Assembly (NCBI GenBank): GCA_015680685.1
Contig: MNCI01000908.1
Span: 225,094 to 289,093 of the forward strand
DNA from: Gnetum montanum
Lineage: Eukaryota; Plantae; Gnetophyta
Direction of reading: 5' to 3'
DNA: 64,000 nucleotides
The notes beneath the pieces were generated by a model. It worked only from the letters and a program-made list of their open reading frames with translations. It was not told where the DNA came from and did no database searches. Shown here piece by piece: positions 13,891 through 27,296 of the stretch. Made by a program: the position numbers and the translations under genes. The first letter of the stretch is position 1. Every line of letters starts with the position of its first letter.

Positions 13891-15010
13891 CTATCCTATA
13901 TGGTCTCTTCATCAATTGGTCCATGATAGTACACAAGATCTAAAACATTGAATACAAATAAACATCCCAACATCATTTGGTAAATCAATCTCAAAAGAAT
14001 TGCATTGATTTTAGCATTTATTTTGAAAGGTCCCATCTTTTTGGCTTTCAATTTGAAGAAGTTAACACCTCTCAATCACTTCTACTTCAAGTGCACTCAA
14101 ACTAAGTCACCAATAACAAAATTAAGATTTCATTTGTTATCATTCTTCTTGAGGACTCTTTCATCAACTTGACATTACTTATGCATGGAGATTCCTATCT
14201 TGCACAAAATCAGTACTAAGTTGAGCTTTAACATCAAAGCTCTCCAAAGTGTCCATCATCTTTGGACAAAACCAATAGTTCATCTCAAATGGGCTTTTGC
14301 CAATAGTAACATGAAAAGCATTATTATATGAAAACTTAGCATGATTCAACAAGTTCTTCCACCTTTTTGGCTTTGCATCACACAAACATCTCAATATATT
14401 TAGTAAGAATTTATTCACCACCTCTGTTTGCCCATTAAATTGTGGATGATATGCACTAGAAAAATTCAACTTTATCCCTACAATTTTTCAAAGGGACCTC
14501 CAAAAGTAATTTGTAAATTTGGAGTCATTGTCACTAATAATATTCAAAGGAATACCATGCAACTTCACAATTTTCTAGAAAAACAAAATTACAACATGAG
14601 AAGCATCACTCATCTACTTGCATGGAATAAAATGTTCCATCTTGAAGAACATATCCATAACAAAAAAAATTACATCATTTTCACTCTTGGTCTTTGGAAT
14701 ATCACTTACAAAATTCATAGATACACTTTCTCATGAACCTTTGGAAATTAGTAAAGTCATATAGTGTCCATCCATACCTTTATCTCCTTTGAACCTCTAA
14801 CATGTTAAGCATTTCTTCATAAATTTTAAAACATTATTATCATACCAAGCCAAAAATAGTACCTACTTACAAGTTAAAATGTTTTATCCCTGCCCATGTG
14901 TCCTTTCATGTCACTACAATACTTTACAAATAAAATATTTTTCCTAAAATCACAATTAAGAACACATTTCCTCCCATTTTTAAATAATAGTTCATATTGA
15001 ATATGATAGT
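13890..15010 (-). pseudogene. Element C integrase remnant
   Basis: ORF 14179-14469. The frame D-Y-H-I-Q...LLFKNG continues across the D insertion once one TSD copy is removed. Confidence 0.85.
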
Positions 15011-17294
15011 TGAAACACCATCAATTTTGGGACTATGGTGATTCTACGTAGTCCCAAAATTTGGGCAAGGATCACTACAAGCACAGTGTCATGTTGGGCC
15101 ATGTAGAAAATGTGGCACCCCAGAAGTCCTAACACCTACAAAATTGCTTCGAGCCTACTTGCCACCCTCTGCAGCACAGTCAACGCAACATCCAATCACA
15201 AGGCTAGTTTGCATGAAAAAGGCACTAGGGGTAGACCATACAATCCGAAAAATTTTCTATCTCTCAGGCTGATAGGTTTGCTACACCCTCTAGCTTGCCC
15301 AACTTAACACTTGACCTAGCTGACGGTCTACCCAGGGACCATGCTAGGAGCTGCAAAAAGTATTCAAGATGGACTAAACAGTTCAACAAGTTTTCTAACT
15401 ATGAAAACTACTACGCTACATAGCGTAGCAAGCCAGGTGGAGACTGATCAGGCACCAAAAATGTAGTTTGATAGTGACTCAACCCTCCAGGGTATCTACC
15501 CCACTTCATCCTTGATGCATGAGCAACACAACATAGCAAAAATGTGGTAAATTTGATCAAAAAATCATCTTCATCTGAGTGCTATGCTACACAGCGTAGC
15601 ATAGTGTAATGGGTTACTTGCATGACATTGCTTCCACTCAAACTGTTTTGGCACAGTAAACACAATTGCCCATGCTTCAACCATCAAAAATGCTTATTCT
15701 ACTACCATGCTAGGACATAACTGACATCCTATGACAAAATGATTGCAAATTAAGTTAAAATTTAGGCCAAACTGGGTGCTATGTTGTGCTACACTACACA
15801 GCGTAGTAGGGTCAAAATGCATGAAGGTCCTCTGCCAAGTGGTTCCAGCAAAAGAATTGCACTTGGCCATGCTCTAACCTCCAAGACTACCTGTCCCACT
15901 TTGACCTTGGGCCCCAAGCAAAGTTTCTCAACAAAGTATTGTAGATCAAACAGGAATTCATGACACACTAGCTAATACGCTATGCTATGGTACATAGCAT
16001 AGCAAGGACACAAAGCATGAAAGTGTCCCAAGGATGAACTCTGTAGGCCCCAGGACCTTTCAACATGGAAAGCAGGGTTGCTGATTGCTAAATTTGCTTG
16101 CCTAGCTAGGCCTCAAAGGTGTATTTTCAGTTTTCAAGCAATATTCCTCTCAAGACTAGCAGCTACACTACACAGCGTAGCACAATGTAGTGTGCGAGTG
16201 TTTATGCTACGTTGATACGTTGGGCAGCATAAATAGCGTAACACTTGCATGGAAGCATTAGGACATCTCTGGTTAGCTCTAGAACTTGTTAACAAGGGTC
16301 ATTTCTACTCTGACATCTCTTCAACATGCAAGATCAACAGTTTACTTCGTTTTGCACCCCCCCTGTTAATTCCCAAACTTATCCCTACACTTGACCCTAC
16401 TCACGAGAGTAGGGAAGACGTAGTCTTGGAGCATAGGCTCCACTTTGCATTCATTATTTAATTCTTTGTAACAAACATGGAAGTTCCCTGGATTCTGGCA
16501 CATGCAGTTTGAATGGTATGGTCACTACATAATAGGTTTCACGTCCAGCATTACACTGCAGCATAGCATACTAGCCGAACACTACAACGTAGCATTACAC
16601 AGTAGCTTGGCACATTCACATTTGCACCGTGTGGGACCTAGGACACGTGGCATCCAAACCACATCTCTCTCCCACTTCTGGCTCTATAAATACCCCAGAA
16701 AAAAATGTTGAAAGGGTTGGCTTTTGGGAATCATCATTTGGCTTTCTTGTGATTGGCATTCTGGCATTTTGGCCTTCTAGTGATTGGCTTTGGAAAAGAG
16801 ACTGGCAAGCAGAAGGCTAGCAAATAGCAAACCCCAACAGCAGTACTTTCCTTGCCCAACAAGCACTAGTTCATCAATTCCTAGCAACAGATCATTGGTA
16901 GCAATTAAGGAGTTTTAACCATATTGCTCCATTATAAGCTGTGCCTATCCACACTCCCCACCAGTTATACACCTTCTAGCCAAACAAAGATCAGATCTCC
17001 AATTTTGGGGCGGTGCACTCTCTCACTTAACCCTGTTTCATTTTGTTTCGCTATCACCATATTCTGCATCATTGTTTATTAGTTTACATTCATTGCTTAA
17101 GTTATACATAACATCTTTAAAACAATTGTTTACAAAAGGTTATTGTACACCAATTAAGTCCCTATCTAATCGACCAGACCATTTAGGGCACCCCATTTCT
17201 GTTTACTCCAGCATGGCCCTCACATAGATCCGAGGTTAGGCTATACACTGGTAACCTCTCAGTGTTCTAGCCACTAACATTTTTGGTTGCTACG
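15011..17294 (+). repeat. Element D 5' LTR (~2.28 kb)
   Basis: TGAAACACC...GCTAC(G); colinear with 33090-35404; TATA CTATAAATA at ~16685-16693. Confidence 0.95.
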
Positions 17295-17299
17295 ATTTT

Positions 17300-17316
17300 T
17301 GGTGCTAGAAGGAAGG
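17300..17316 (+). promoter_or_regulatory. Primer-binding site, tRNA-Asn type (TGGTGCTAGAAGGAAGG)
   Basis: Two transitions from TGGCGCTAGAAGGAGGG, the complement of the plant tRNA-Asn 3' end; this PBS type occurs in Tat elements. Confidence 0.75.
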
Positions 17317-17970
17317 CATTCTTTATGCCCTTTCTGCGCATCACAAGTAATCCTACATGTTGTCTGTACCCTATCACGTACTAGTATAGATGTGACACCC
17401 TTGTGGTTGTCTACGCACCAGGTGGTGCAGACTACTCACAATGATGGTTCCCTTGGAGCCTTGCAGGACTAAAGCCTCTAACTTTTTACTGAACCACATT
17501 ACTCTACCAACTACGCTACGCTGCCTGCATCCTGTGTGGTGTAGCGATCTGATCAGTGTGATATGCTGACTGTGTAGCACCCATCTACAATCTTATGCTA
17601 CTCACTATGTAACACCCATCTAAAGTGTTATACTACCTACTGTGTAATTTCCTATATTTTGTTACACTATCCATCTCGTTATACTACCCATCGTGTTATG
17701 CTACTTGCATCCTCTACAGCATAGTAGTCCTTCTTAGTGTAGCAAGAACGACAGTGAAGGAAACTAGTTTCTGACACTTCCCAGTGTACCCAGTTGTAGC
17801 CTCCTCTTTTATGCTTTTTCAACTACAACCACTTAGCATAACAATGCACTATTTGCAACTATTTCTTACACATACCCTTCCTGTTTCTACCCATTTCACA
17901 ATAGAAAATGATTCTTGCAATCACTTCTATTCCTACCTCGAACCTAGAGGTTCCTTACTCTGTCCAAAAC

Positions 17971-20900
17971 ATGGCAGGTCCTAAGCGACTTCCCAACATA
18001 GTGCTAATGTCGTGACAATCCCTCAAACAGTGGAAATGATCACCCGAACGTCTTCCATAAGGTGAGGAGCGATACAAATTTCTATGCATGAAAATGCAAG
18101 CCAATCTACCCTTAAAACATCATGAATTCGAAGAGAAACGTAACTTCGAGTTCATCTATCGAAATGGGAGGGAGTACATTCCTACTCCTGACATCACCAT
18201 CCCATTGACCGAGATGTACCAATGGATGCTGAACCAACTTGTTCAAGTAAGCAGGGCAAGAGAATGGGACACTACGTCCCATTACAAAGAAACCTTCCAA
18301 GATGGCCAAGAGGATTTGAACTCCCACTCAGAAGGTGGTGGTCCAATCTACACCACAGGTGTCCTTGCTACCTCTATTGCATGTTCGCATCAATCACAAT
18401 TTTTCATCCCCTTTCTTATCACCATGACAGTGTCGCAACCCCAACCCTCTATGGAAATGGGTATTCACCTAATGTTTACAACATACTAGCATGTAGGCCC
18501 TTCAACTTTGTTCCCAGTTACTCTTTCTTCTCAGTCTTCCCTAGCATCGCACCCAACGTTGGTGACATCTATGCTACCGTATGTGCATACTCTACCTACG
18601 TCACAACTTCACATAGGTTCTACTTTAGTCCCCTCGTCTACACTTGTCCCACCCTCAGTAGCAGGTCCAACCCTGACCACATGATGGGCAACAACCACCT
18701 CTTTTCCAGCAACTTAGATGTCTCACGTGCAACCATATGTGTAGCCTCAAACATATCAATTCCCGCATGTAGCACAATCAAGCATGGGGTCATGGGCCAC
18801 CCACACCATGGGGCAAATGACCACCCATACGCCACCACCTTTGGCAGCCATTCCTATAGCACCAGCTACTAGGTTGTGGGCCACCCAAATGACACCACTA
18901 GTGGGAGTTGCTCCAATAGCACCCCTAGTGGGACTGGTAGTTGTACCATCAGCACCACCAGCAATGGTCGCTTCAACAACGTCACAACCACCTACAACAT
19001 CCCTAGGTCTAGATCAAGCTTTCCAATTCATCTAGACCCTCATTGAAGAGATTAAACAGCTTAAGGTCATCGATTCTAAAACCATCCAGGTCATGGACTT
19101 TTACCACGATGATCCCATCAGCCCTGCTATCCCTATGCTCATGTTGCCCCCTAGGGTGCCACTCCCCCAATTTACAAAATACAATGAGGAGAGCAATCCG
19201 AATGCACATTTGGTGACCTTTAGGTCTAAATCCTTGTTGTTACAACCATGGCCTCACACCATCATCTATGTCTTTTCCATGTCTCTAACAAGTAAAGCTT
19301 TGGACTGGTACTGTGCACTTCCATGTGCCTCTATCTCCACCTTGGAGGAGCTGCTAAGTCAATTTGTGACCCACTTCAAGTACAACTTGGAACCGGAGGT
19401 CACACTAGACTAGCTCATGAGTGTTAAGCAGGATCCACTAGAATCTATATAGAGATTCATATAGTGGTGGAGCATAACCTTAAATGAAATACGTGAACCA
19501 ATCACCGAGGCTCACTTGTTGGCCATCTTTAAGGGTGCAGCCAATGACTTCATTAAGTCTAAGCTCTACTACCTAGCCCCGTGTTCTCTCATCCAAGCAT
19601 TCGCTCAAACTAAGAGTATCCAAGATGAGGTGGAGGTTAGTAGGGACCCAGCTTATGTGACCTACAGGAATGCACACACTAAGAAAAACAAGGAGAAAGA
19701 CAAGGCCACAACAACCACGGTGGCTACTGTAGCCAACGAGACCAAGCCTAACAATAACAAAAAGGATGCTACCATGCCCAAAGCTCCCACTAACACAACA
19801 CCTAGCACCGCTAGCACTAGTTAGCCACAAGCATCAACACCTGTAGTGCAAGCATAGCCAAGGCCAAACTTTGAGCGCAAGGATCGCTCAAAGTACATCC
19901 CACTACCGATTAATCCTTTAGAACTTTTGAAGCAATTGTTGGGAGCTGGGTGTATACAACATAAACAAATGTCAAAGGAGGCTATTAAACACCATCAAAG
20001 GTACTGTGAGGTTCTTTAGAACCCCTCCTTGGCTACGTCCAATGAACCACCAGTGCCTACGAATTTCATGTTAGAGTGTTTCTATGACTATCACCAACTG
20101 TGTGGTCATGATATAGATTACTGCTTAGTGTTCAAAGATGACATTCAATGCATGATCGATTAGGGCAACTAGTCCTAGATGAGAGCAATCCCATTTGGCC
20201 TAAAAACTAGTCAATGGGTGTCTACAAAGACCCCCTAAATGCCAACAATGCAAGTTACACCATCAACACTATTGACATTGACAATAACCCTAAACCACCA
20301 CAACAACCATTTGTGGTTTTGTGCCTTCTCGCAATGTAGAAATGCCAACAAATACTAAGTCGCAAGCCCCCTTTGTTAGTAGGGCCCCTTGCCAAACACC
20401 TCCTGCACCTTTTGTGCTAAAAATCGCACCATCTCCTTGCCAAAAAAGCACTGTTTATCATCAAGGTGCCAAGACATACAACTTATCCTCCAACTCAAAA
20501 TCGAGTGACAAAGGCTACACCCTATCCTCCCTATCCAAAGAAGCATGAAGAGCACCTAGCAAACAAGCTAGCTAGGGAACGTACTATGCTAGGTTCCCCC
20601 AAGCCTACCCCCTTGTCAGCAGTTCCTATGCCCTCTTCCTCATTAACAACTGATAGCAAAGCCCAAACACAACCATTACCTTTCGGTCCAAGAGAGCTTA
20701 ATGTTCAATCCAAAACTACTCCACCTCCGAAGATCCATCTTTTAGGAAATGTAGAAGAGAAGAGGGTTAGCAAACAACAAGATGGTGGGAAAGACTTTCT
20801 AAATGCCCTTTCACAATTTAAATAGGCCTTGAAGCAAAAAAACACAACACTAAGCCTGTACAACTTGATAATGACCTCTATAATGCATCGTGAGGTAATG

Positions 20901-21663
20901 GTTTGCATGCTGACACCCATTCCTATTAGCGAAAACTTGCCGGCTAAAGAAAAATCCATTCATGCAGTCATGTTGCCCCACATGGCCAAAGAACCATGGC
21001 CCATCCAACTGACATTTCATGACAAGTCCATCAAGGATGACCCTGAAAAGGTTCAAGTGACAACCGCTCCCATGTTCATCACCATCCGGGTGGGCCAATA
21101 TAAGATTCACAGGGTACACATTGACGATGGGGCTACCACCAACGTAATCCCATTTTCCACTGTTGAAAAGTTGGGCTTGATTAATCAAATCAAGCCAACT
21201 AAAATTTCATGCCTTAAGTCTTTCAATGGGGTGCACCTAGTGGTCAAGGGGACTATGCACATCAACTTCGTAGCAAGGGACTAGCTCCCTAGGAGTGCAG
21301 TGTTCATCGTGGTGGAGGACATGCCAGGATTTAACCTACTCCTGGGGAGGTCATGGCTGGCTCAACTAAGGGTTGTTTCCTCACATATACATTAGGAAAT
21401 CCACTTACCCTATTCATGAGGGAAAGGCCATAAACAATGTAGACGTGGAACAAGGTTTAGAGATAGAAATCTCTGAAAACGATGCACCTATTCAAACTGA
21501 AACACCATGCTTAATAAATGAATAGGCTAAAACTATTAACTCAAATGAAGAAACCACATGGGCCAAGTTTCCCTTCCAAGACACAAACAATAACATAGAT
21601 AAATACCAATGCAAGGCCTCTTGGTCATATGCCCTGCCTAACCCACATCAAGTTAGGAAGTAA
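17971..21663 (+). pseudogene. Element D gag-protease
   Basis: AAACATGGCA start; gag core LPQFTKYN..SNPNAHLVTF..SLTSKALDWY; Tat/Ogre knuckle YHQLCGHDIDYC..FKDDIQ; protease HIDDGATTNVIP...FNLLLGRSWL; frame ends in TAA at 21661. Confidence 0.85.
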
Positions 21664-21721
21664 TTACATGATTGAAACCTGTCTCCACCATCACTGCAAT
21701 AAATTGTTACACCTCTGATGA

Positions 21722-21925
21722 CATAATTTACACTTTTACATTAAATTTTTCTATTTTCATGATTTATATTTTTACATTAAGTTCGTTGCATGCATAATTT
21801 ACATTTTACATGAAGTTTGTTGTTTGCACCACTTACATCTTACATTAAAATTGTTGTTTGCATAATTTACATTTTACATTAAGTTTGCTGTGTGCACGAT
21901 TTACATTTTACATTAAGTTTGCTGA
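21722..21925 (+). repeat. Tandem repeat, ~34 bp x6 (GCATAATTTACATTTTACATTAAGTTTG)
   Basis: Directly visible. Confidence 0.85.
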
Positions 21926-21957
21926 TTGCATTTCCCTTGTCATCAATACCTTACATA

Positions 21958-22200
21958 TGGCCCAAAATGGCCTAAAACTAGTAATAGCCCGAAATGGCCT
22001 AAAACTAGCAATGGCCCGAAATGGCCTAAAACTAGCAATAGCCCAGAATGGCCTTAAACTACCATCGTGGCCCACTAAGGCCTAAAACTGGCAACTCTAC
22101 TCCCCTAAAAAAAAGAAAATAAGAATAAAAAAAATCATCATTGAGCAACAGCCCGAAATGGCCTAAAACTAGCAATGGCACGAAATAGCCTTAAACTAAT
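21958..22200 (+). repeat. Tandem repeat, 27 bp x~7 (GAAATGGCCTAAAACTAGCAATGGCCC)
   Basis: Directly visible; explains the ARNGLKLA repeats in ORF 21858-22085. Confidence 0.9.
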
Positions 22201-22359
22201 ACAAGGGGCCCAAACACATTAATAAAAAAATTAATTAAGTAAAAAAATATGAAATAATTGTTTCACATTATGTTATTCATCAAATTTTAGTCCATATAAT
22301 GATTTTTACAAAAAAATAATAAAATGCAAAAAACAAAAATAAAATCTTCTGCCGCTATG

Positions 22360-25300
22360 CTACAAGCCTTCCCTAGCATCAACATCTCTTGTCTTGCTAG
22401 GTCCTACACCTCCATTTGGATCCTAAATAAAACAAAAAAAAACACAAAATAAGGAATCAAATTACAATAAGGCTATCATGAAACAAGATGTGACACAATA
22501 AAGAATGGCTAACCTATGATGGGCCCGCATCCATCTCGGAGGGTATCCTATCCATGCCAGCCACAAGACGCTGAAGAATCTCTTCCTCGGTTAGGTTGGT
22601 CTAATCTTCCTCTCCTAGATCAACGCTTGTCACAACTTTCCCCTTCTACACAGCCGTCCATCTAGGTGGCCCCAGAGAAAAGGTGGTGGTGGTGGTCCCC
22701 CAATAAGTAAGGTCATTTCCCTTTTGGGAGACTCACTAACCATAACTTTTTGCGTGAACTTTTCATAGGCCTTAGCAGCGCCAATGACATCGAGAAATAA
22801 CTTATGGGTATGCAACTCAATGGAAGAATCCTGATATTTCCAATGGTAGGTAGGATATTCCATTTTGTACATGTTCTTATGGTTTGTTTGTGTTTGCCCC
22901 CACTCATAGACTTTGGCGTTATAGTCCTTTCAGTCTTGATTCTTTTGGGCTAGAAGGTCCATCTGCAAGCATTGTTCAATCATCTCATGAGTGGCCTCAT
23001 TCTTACTCCATATGGCTAACTAGTACCTTTCATAGTCAATTATAGTCGTATGCCAACTGCTATCACAAGAGTCATGGGCCAATAAAAATGCATTTCAGGA
23101 TCATAGGTCTTCCAACTCAACGGCTTGGCTAGCCTTCTCTTTCTCAAGTTTTTGTGCCCTCTTCCAAAGTTCCTCATTGACATGCCTACACTCCCATAAT
23201 GATCATGCTGAGTAGAGTGCACATTTTCTCATTTCCTGGTATACATCATGAGGAACCTCGATCACCTCTAGTGGGAGTATAGGCACCACATCAACTTCAA
23301 CCACTTGTTTGGGATCCCACTTGAAACAAGAAGCTGTCAATCACACATAAGAAAGCATTAGTCATATGATGATGGAAAAAATGCAATAACTTGGAGAGCC
23401 TAACATTGTAATTTCAACATACCTATCTCAGGATCGATCCGCCTTAGGTGATCAATCATGTCATCCACAACCTCCTCCATAAAGGCAAATTTATCAAGGA
23501 TCTCGATCCATGGTTGGAGGCAGATCGAGGAAGAAGAGTTGGGGGCCTTAATAGTGGTGTCTACTACACAATAAAACATGTTAGCAATGATGAAGAGAAG
23601 GAAAAAAATTGATGAATGACATAAACAATAGTGCAAAGCTCCTACCTAGCAAACCCTCAAGGGTGATAGTAGGAGGATCGTCCATTGACACACTATCAAG
23701 AAAGCAATCAAACTCACTAGCATTGAATTGTAGCCCTTCCCCTTCTAGTTGACTCAATAGCATAGCAACATCCTCAATTGACATATTCCCCTCAAGTTCT
23801 AGGGCACACTCCGCAAAATGGTCATCGGCAGTAGGGACCTTTTCCTCTATGGTAGGGGCCTCCTCATCTGCAGCTGAGGCCTCTTCTTCTTCTACAGTAG
23901 GGGCCCCTGCTTCAGGGCCAAAAATTCCTCTTCTTCCTCTATTAAACATGTCTAAGGTAAGTAGGCTAGTGTAACACACAACGAGAGGGCTAACTAACAA
24001 TATAATTAAATATACTTACCAACTATGGGTTGCACCTTGTGAATCTTGATTTGTAATTTTCTCCCCTTTTTCTCATTAGTACAGGGAGGTTCCTCTGCTG
24101 GATGAGAATTTTTGTGCTGCAACCTAGTTTTCACCATTTCTGTAATGAGGCATGCCCCCCTTAACACATTGCCTATGGTACTGGGAGGCACCTCTCCAAC
24201 TTCATCATTATTGAAAATGATTCCCCAATAGCTTATGGGGGGTCTTGGGATCGGGTGGCATGGAACACTTGGCAAATCCACGGCTTGGATATCTAGGTGC
24301 AATCTTGCTGCACCCAGGTGCCATTCTCATGGACTACCAATAATTTTGCAAACCACCATAGGTAGGCTATGAAAAAGGCATAGTGTACATTGAAATAGTC
24401 ATCAAGCTTCTCATGAAGCTTAACCATTTCACCATGCAAGCCTTCCGAAAGGTATTTGGCCTAATTGTAATAGGTCCCTTCTTCTATAAAATCCCTTATG
24501 ATCCAAGCCTACTCTACTCCAAGGATCTTCCCTTTGGAGAGTAGCTTGGGAAAGGCATTGGCCCAAGATAGGGTAAACTATTTGGGCCACCTCTAGCTTC
24601 ACCTTATGGATATAAATTCCCTTTCAGTTCTTGCTTGTCCCCAACCATTCCTCTATATCCCCCTGATGGTTTACATCCTTGCTATTCTTTTCCCCTAGAG
24701 GGAGACCATCAGAGGGAACATTGAAAAGGGCTACAAAAAATTTTTCATTGATCTTAAAAACCACTCGTACATTGTGAACCCATGTGCAGAAGTGGTCAGC
24801 CTTTTTGGAAAAGGAATCAACTAGGGAGAGCATTTCTGCAGCTGGGACACTTGGATTTACTACTAGGAATAAATCCATAAGCCCAGCCTCCTAAACATTG
24901 TGAACAAGGGTGTATGGGGCCCCATTGCAAAGCCAACGCTGAGTCTCATCCACCTCCCCATTCTTGAAGAAGAGGTTGGTTTCATCATGCCCAGAGGTGA
25001 TTACTGTAACCTCTTGGGATTCACTTGCAACTGTAATAACCAGTGACAAAATTACCAAAAAAGAAAAGGAAAAATCATCATTTGGATACATAAAAACCAA
25101 TTCATAATTTAACACACTGGGTCTAAATGGCATAGGAAATGGTAGAATTTCCCCCAGAACATCTTCTACGGTAAGCAGTCGGCAAGATGCCCAATCGCTA
25201 TCCAACCAGCCAAGTTCTTCACATTTCCCATAGAACTTGGCATACTTAGTTGGATAGGTTTTGAAATCAATCCCAAGTTTTTCTATGATGTTAGCACGTA

Positions 25301-25925
25301 CGTTCCTAGTAGAAGAGAACTCTTGCAAAGCCATTTAGACCAATGCCAATGTATCCTCATTCTCGTGAAGACCATCCTTGTCAATATAAAACCTGGTAAC
25401 ATGCAAAGCACGATAAGCATTGATTACTAGCGTAAGACAAATGATGCAACATGTTTAAAACATCTTCATAGGACTCACCTGCCAACACAATAAATGGTCC
25501 TAGGTGGGTTCTAGAAGTAGGTGCCCATGTGATAGGTGCTGAACAACGTGTTGTATTGATGATAACATTTAAACTCAGACATGTCTCAAATCCAACACAA
25601 GCACCTCAAGCCTCTTGGGTGCTGGTTTGAGCCTTCCACCCCTTCACCTTCGATCGACCCATCAGCCATGAACTTCAAAATGCCCCATTTTGCCCCAGGC
25701 AACAACATTTCAGCAAGTATAGCAGCTCTTTCGATCGATAAGTGTGACCACATGATCACACTGAAGTGGCGAAGGAGGAATTCTAGGAATTCTTGTGCAT
25801 CTTCCTGAAACCAAAATCACCTGATGTCCTACCCATGCATGGGGAGGGGGGACGTTGGCCATGGGTTCACTCAGGTAGCACAGGACTCCTACCAGCTCAA
25901 GGATGATCAAGATGGGTTTCAACAT
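22360..25925 (-). pseudogene. Antisense multi-exon gene inside element D: FCP1/NIF-like (HAD) phosphatase domain + retroelement extra-ORF domain + acidic/coiled-coil C-terminus (~1000 aa, now disabled)
   Basis: GT-AG introns on - at 25393-25478, 25031-25117, 23952-24019, 23564-23645, 23334-23422 and 22423-22513, each preserving frame. An upstream intron lies at 25930-27022. Motifs: LIILELVGVL, AQEFLEFLLRHFSVIMWS, YNTLF..NPPRT, YYN(W)AKYLSEGL. Confidence 0.8.
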
Positions 25926-27288
25926 GACCCTACGCAACACAACAAAAAGCATTAGTGCAATATTCAAGTGACAACTACTATGGATGAATTTGTCCCTTAG
26001 GCATAAAATAGTAACACACAAGCACAATAACAAAGAACCAAACATGACATGTAGCATAGTAGGGTGTTACACGTAGCGTAGTGAAGCAAGTACACCCTGC
26101 ACAACATAACGGCTATGCCCCACATAGTGTAGCGTAGTAGGTATGCCCCGCATAGTGTAATGGTTATGCCTTGCATAGCATAACATAGCAGGCATGCCCT
26201 ATACAGTGTAGCATAAAAGCTACACTTTGCACAAGGGTACCGGCTGCATTATGCATAGCGTAGCAAGACGACTACACCCTATGCAGTGTAGAAAAATGGC
26301 AAGTATGACATAGGCAATAATATAATAAGTGTGACAACATAACAAGTATGATAGGTGTAGCAATATAACAAGCACAACAACATAGCAAGTAAAACACTAG
26401 CAAGGGTAGCAGAGTAACAGTCCCAATAGCGTAGCAACGTAGTGGGCCTGCCAGCGTAGCAATATGGCAACCATGGCAGTCTAGTAGTGTAGCATAAGAG
26501 GAACAAAAAATGTAACATAGTAACAGTCACAATTTCAAAACAACATAGCTTTGGAAAAATACACATATCACTCCCATTGTCCTAGCCTTGCCCCACCACA
26601 TGAAATGTAGCTAAGTAAAACACAAATGAAAGGAAAACTCCCCCTCCACATGCTACACTACGCTAGACATACGCTGCATTGCATAAAAACTTGGTAGATA
26701 AAAAATCCACTCTAAGGGTGGTACGCTATGTTGAGCATGCGCTACGCCACCTAGAACTATCCAAACCCTTGCAATAATGCAATGACCACTTCGAACAACA
26801 GTGGTCGGGGCGATGTCGTGCACAGTCATAGCGTAGCGACCGCCATGACTGCTGCGGCCAAAGTTGCAACAACCATGAATTAGCAGCCAAGATGACAACA
26901 AAAGTAATAAAAATAGGCACATCATAGCCATAGTGATGACTGTGACAACCAAAATAATGATGGCAATGGCAATCTAACTTGATAAATTACACAACGAAAA
27001 TGAGGGTAGCGTAGCGACTTACCAAGCGAATGGAGCCTCATGTCGCTCTTCAACGTATGCCTTGGGGAGACGTTGTAGGATATACCCCCCTTCATCTAGG
27101 TTGGCAAGCCCTTGATGCCTACGCTCACTCTTACATGCCAGTGCCTACTCACAAACTCGGGTGTATCGGCTGTATCAACTGCTACGCTATGACTACTACG
27201 CTGTCTCTCAGCTCAACCGTGCTATGCTCTGGGTGTAGGGTGTAGGCTCTAATAGTGACAATAACTAGATTGCCATAGGGTAACCCCC

Positions 27289-27296
27289 TATTTATA
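27289..27296 (-). promoter_or_regulatory. TATA box (TATAAATA on -) of the antisense gene
   Basis: GGTTATAAATAGGGGG on -, ~270 bp upstream of the first donor (GTAAGT at 27022). Confidence 0.6.
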
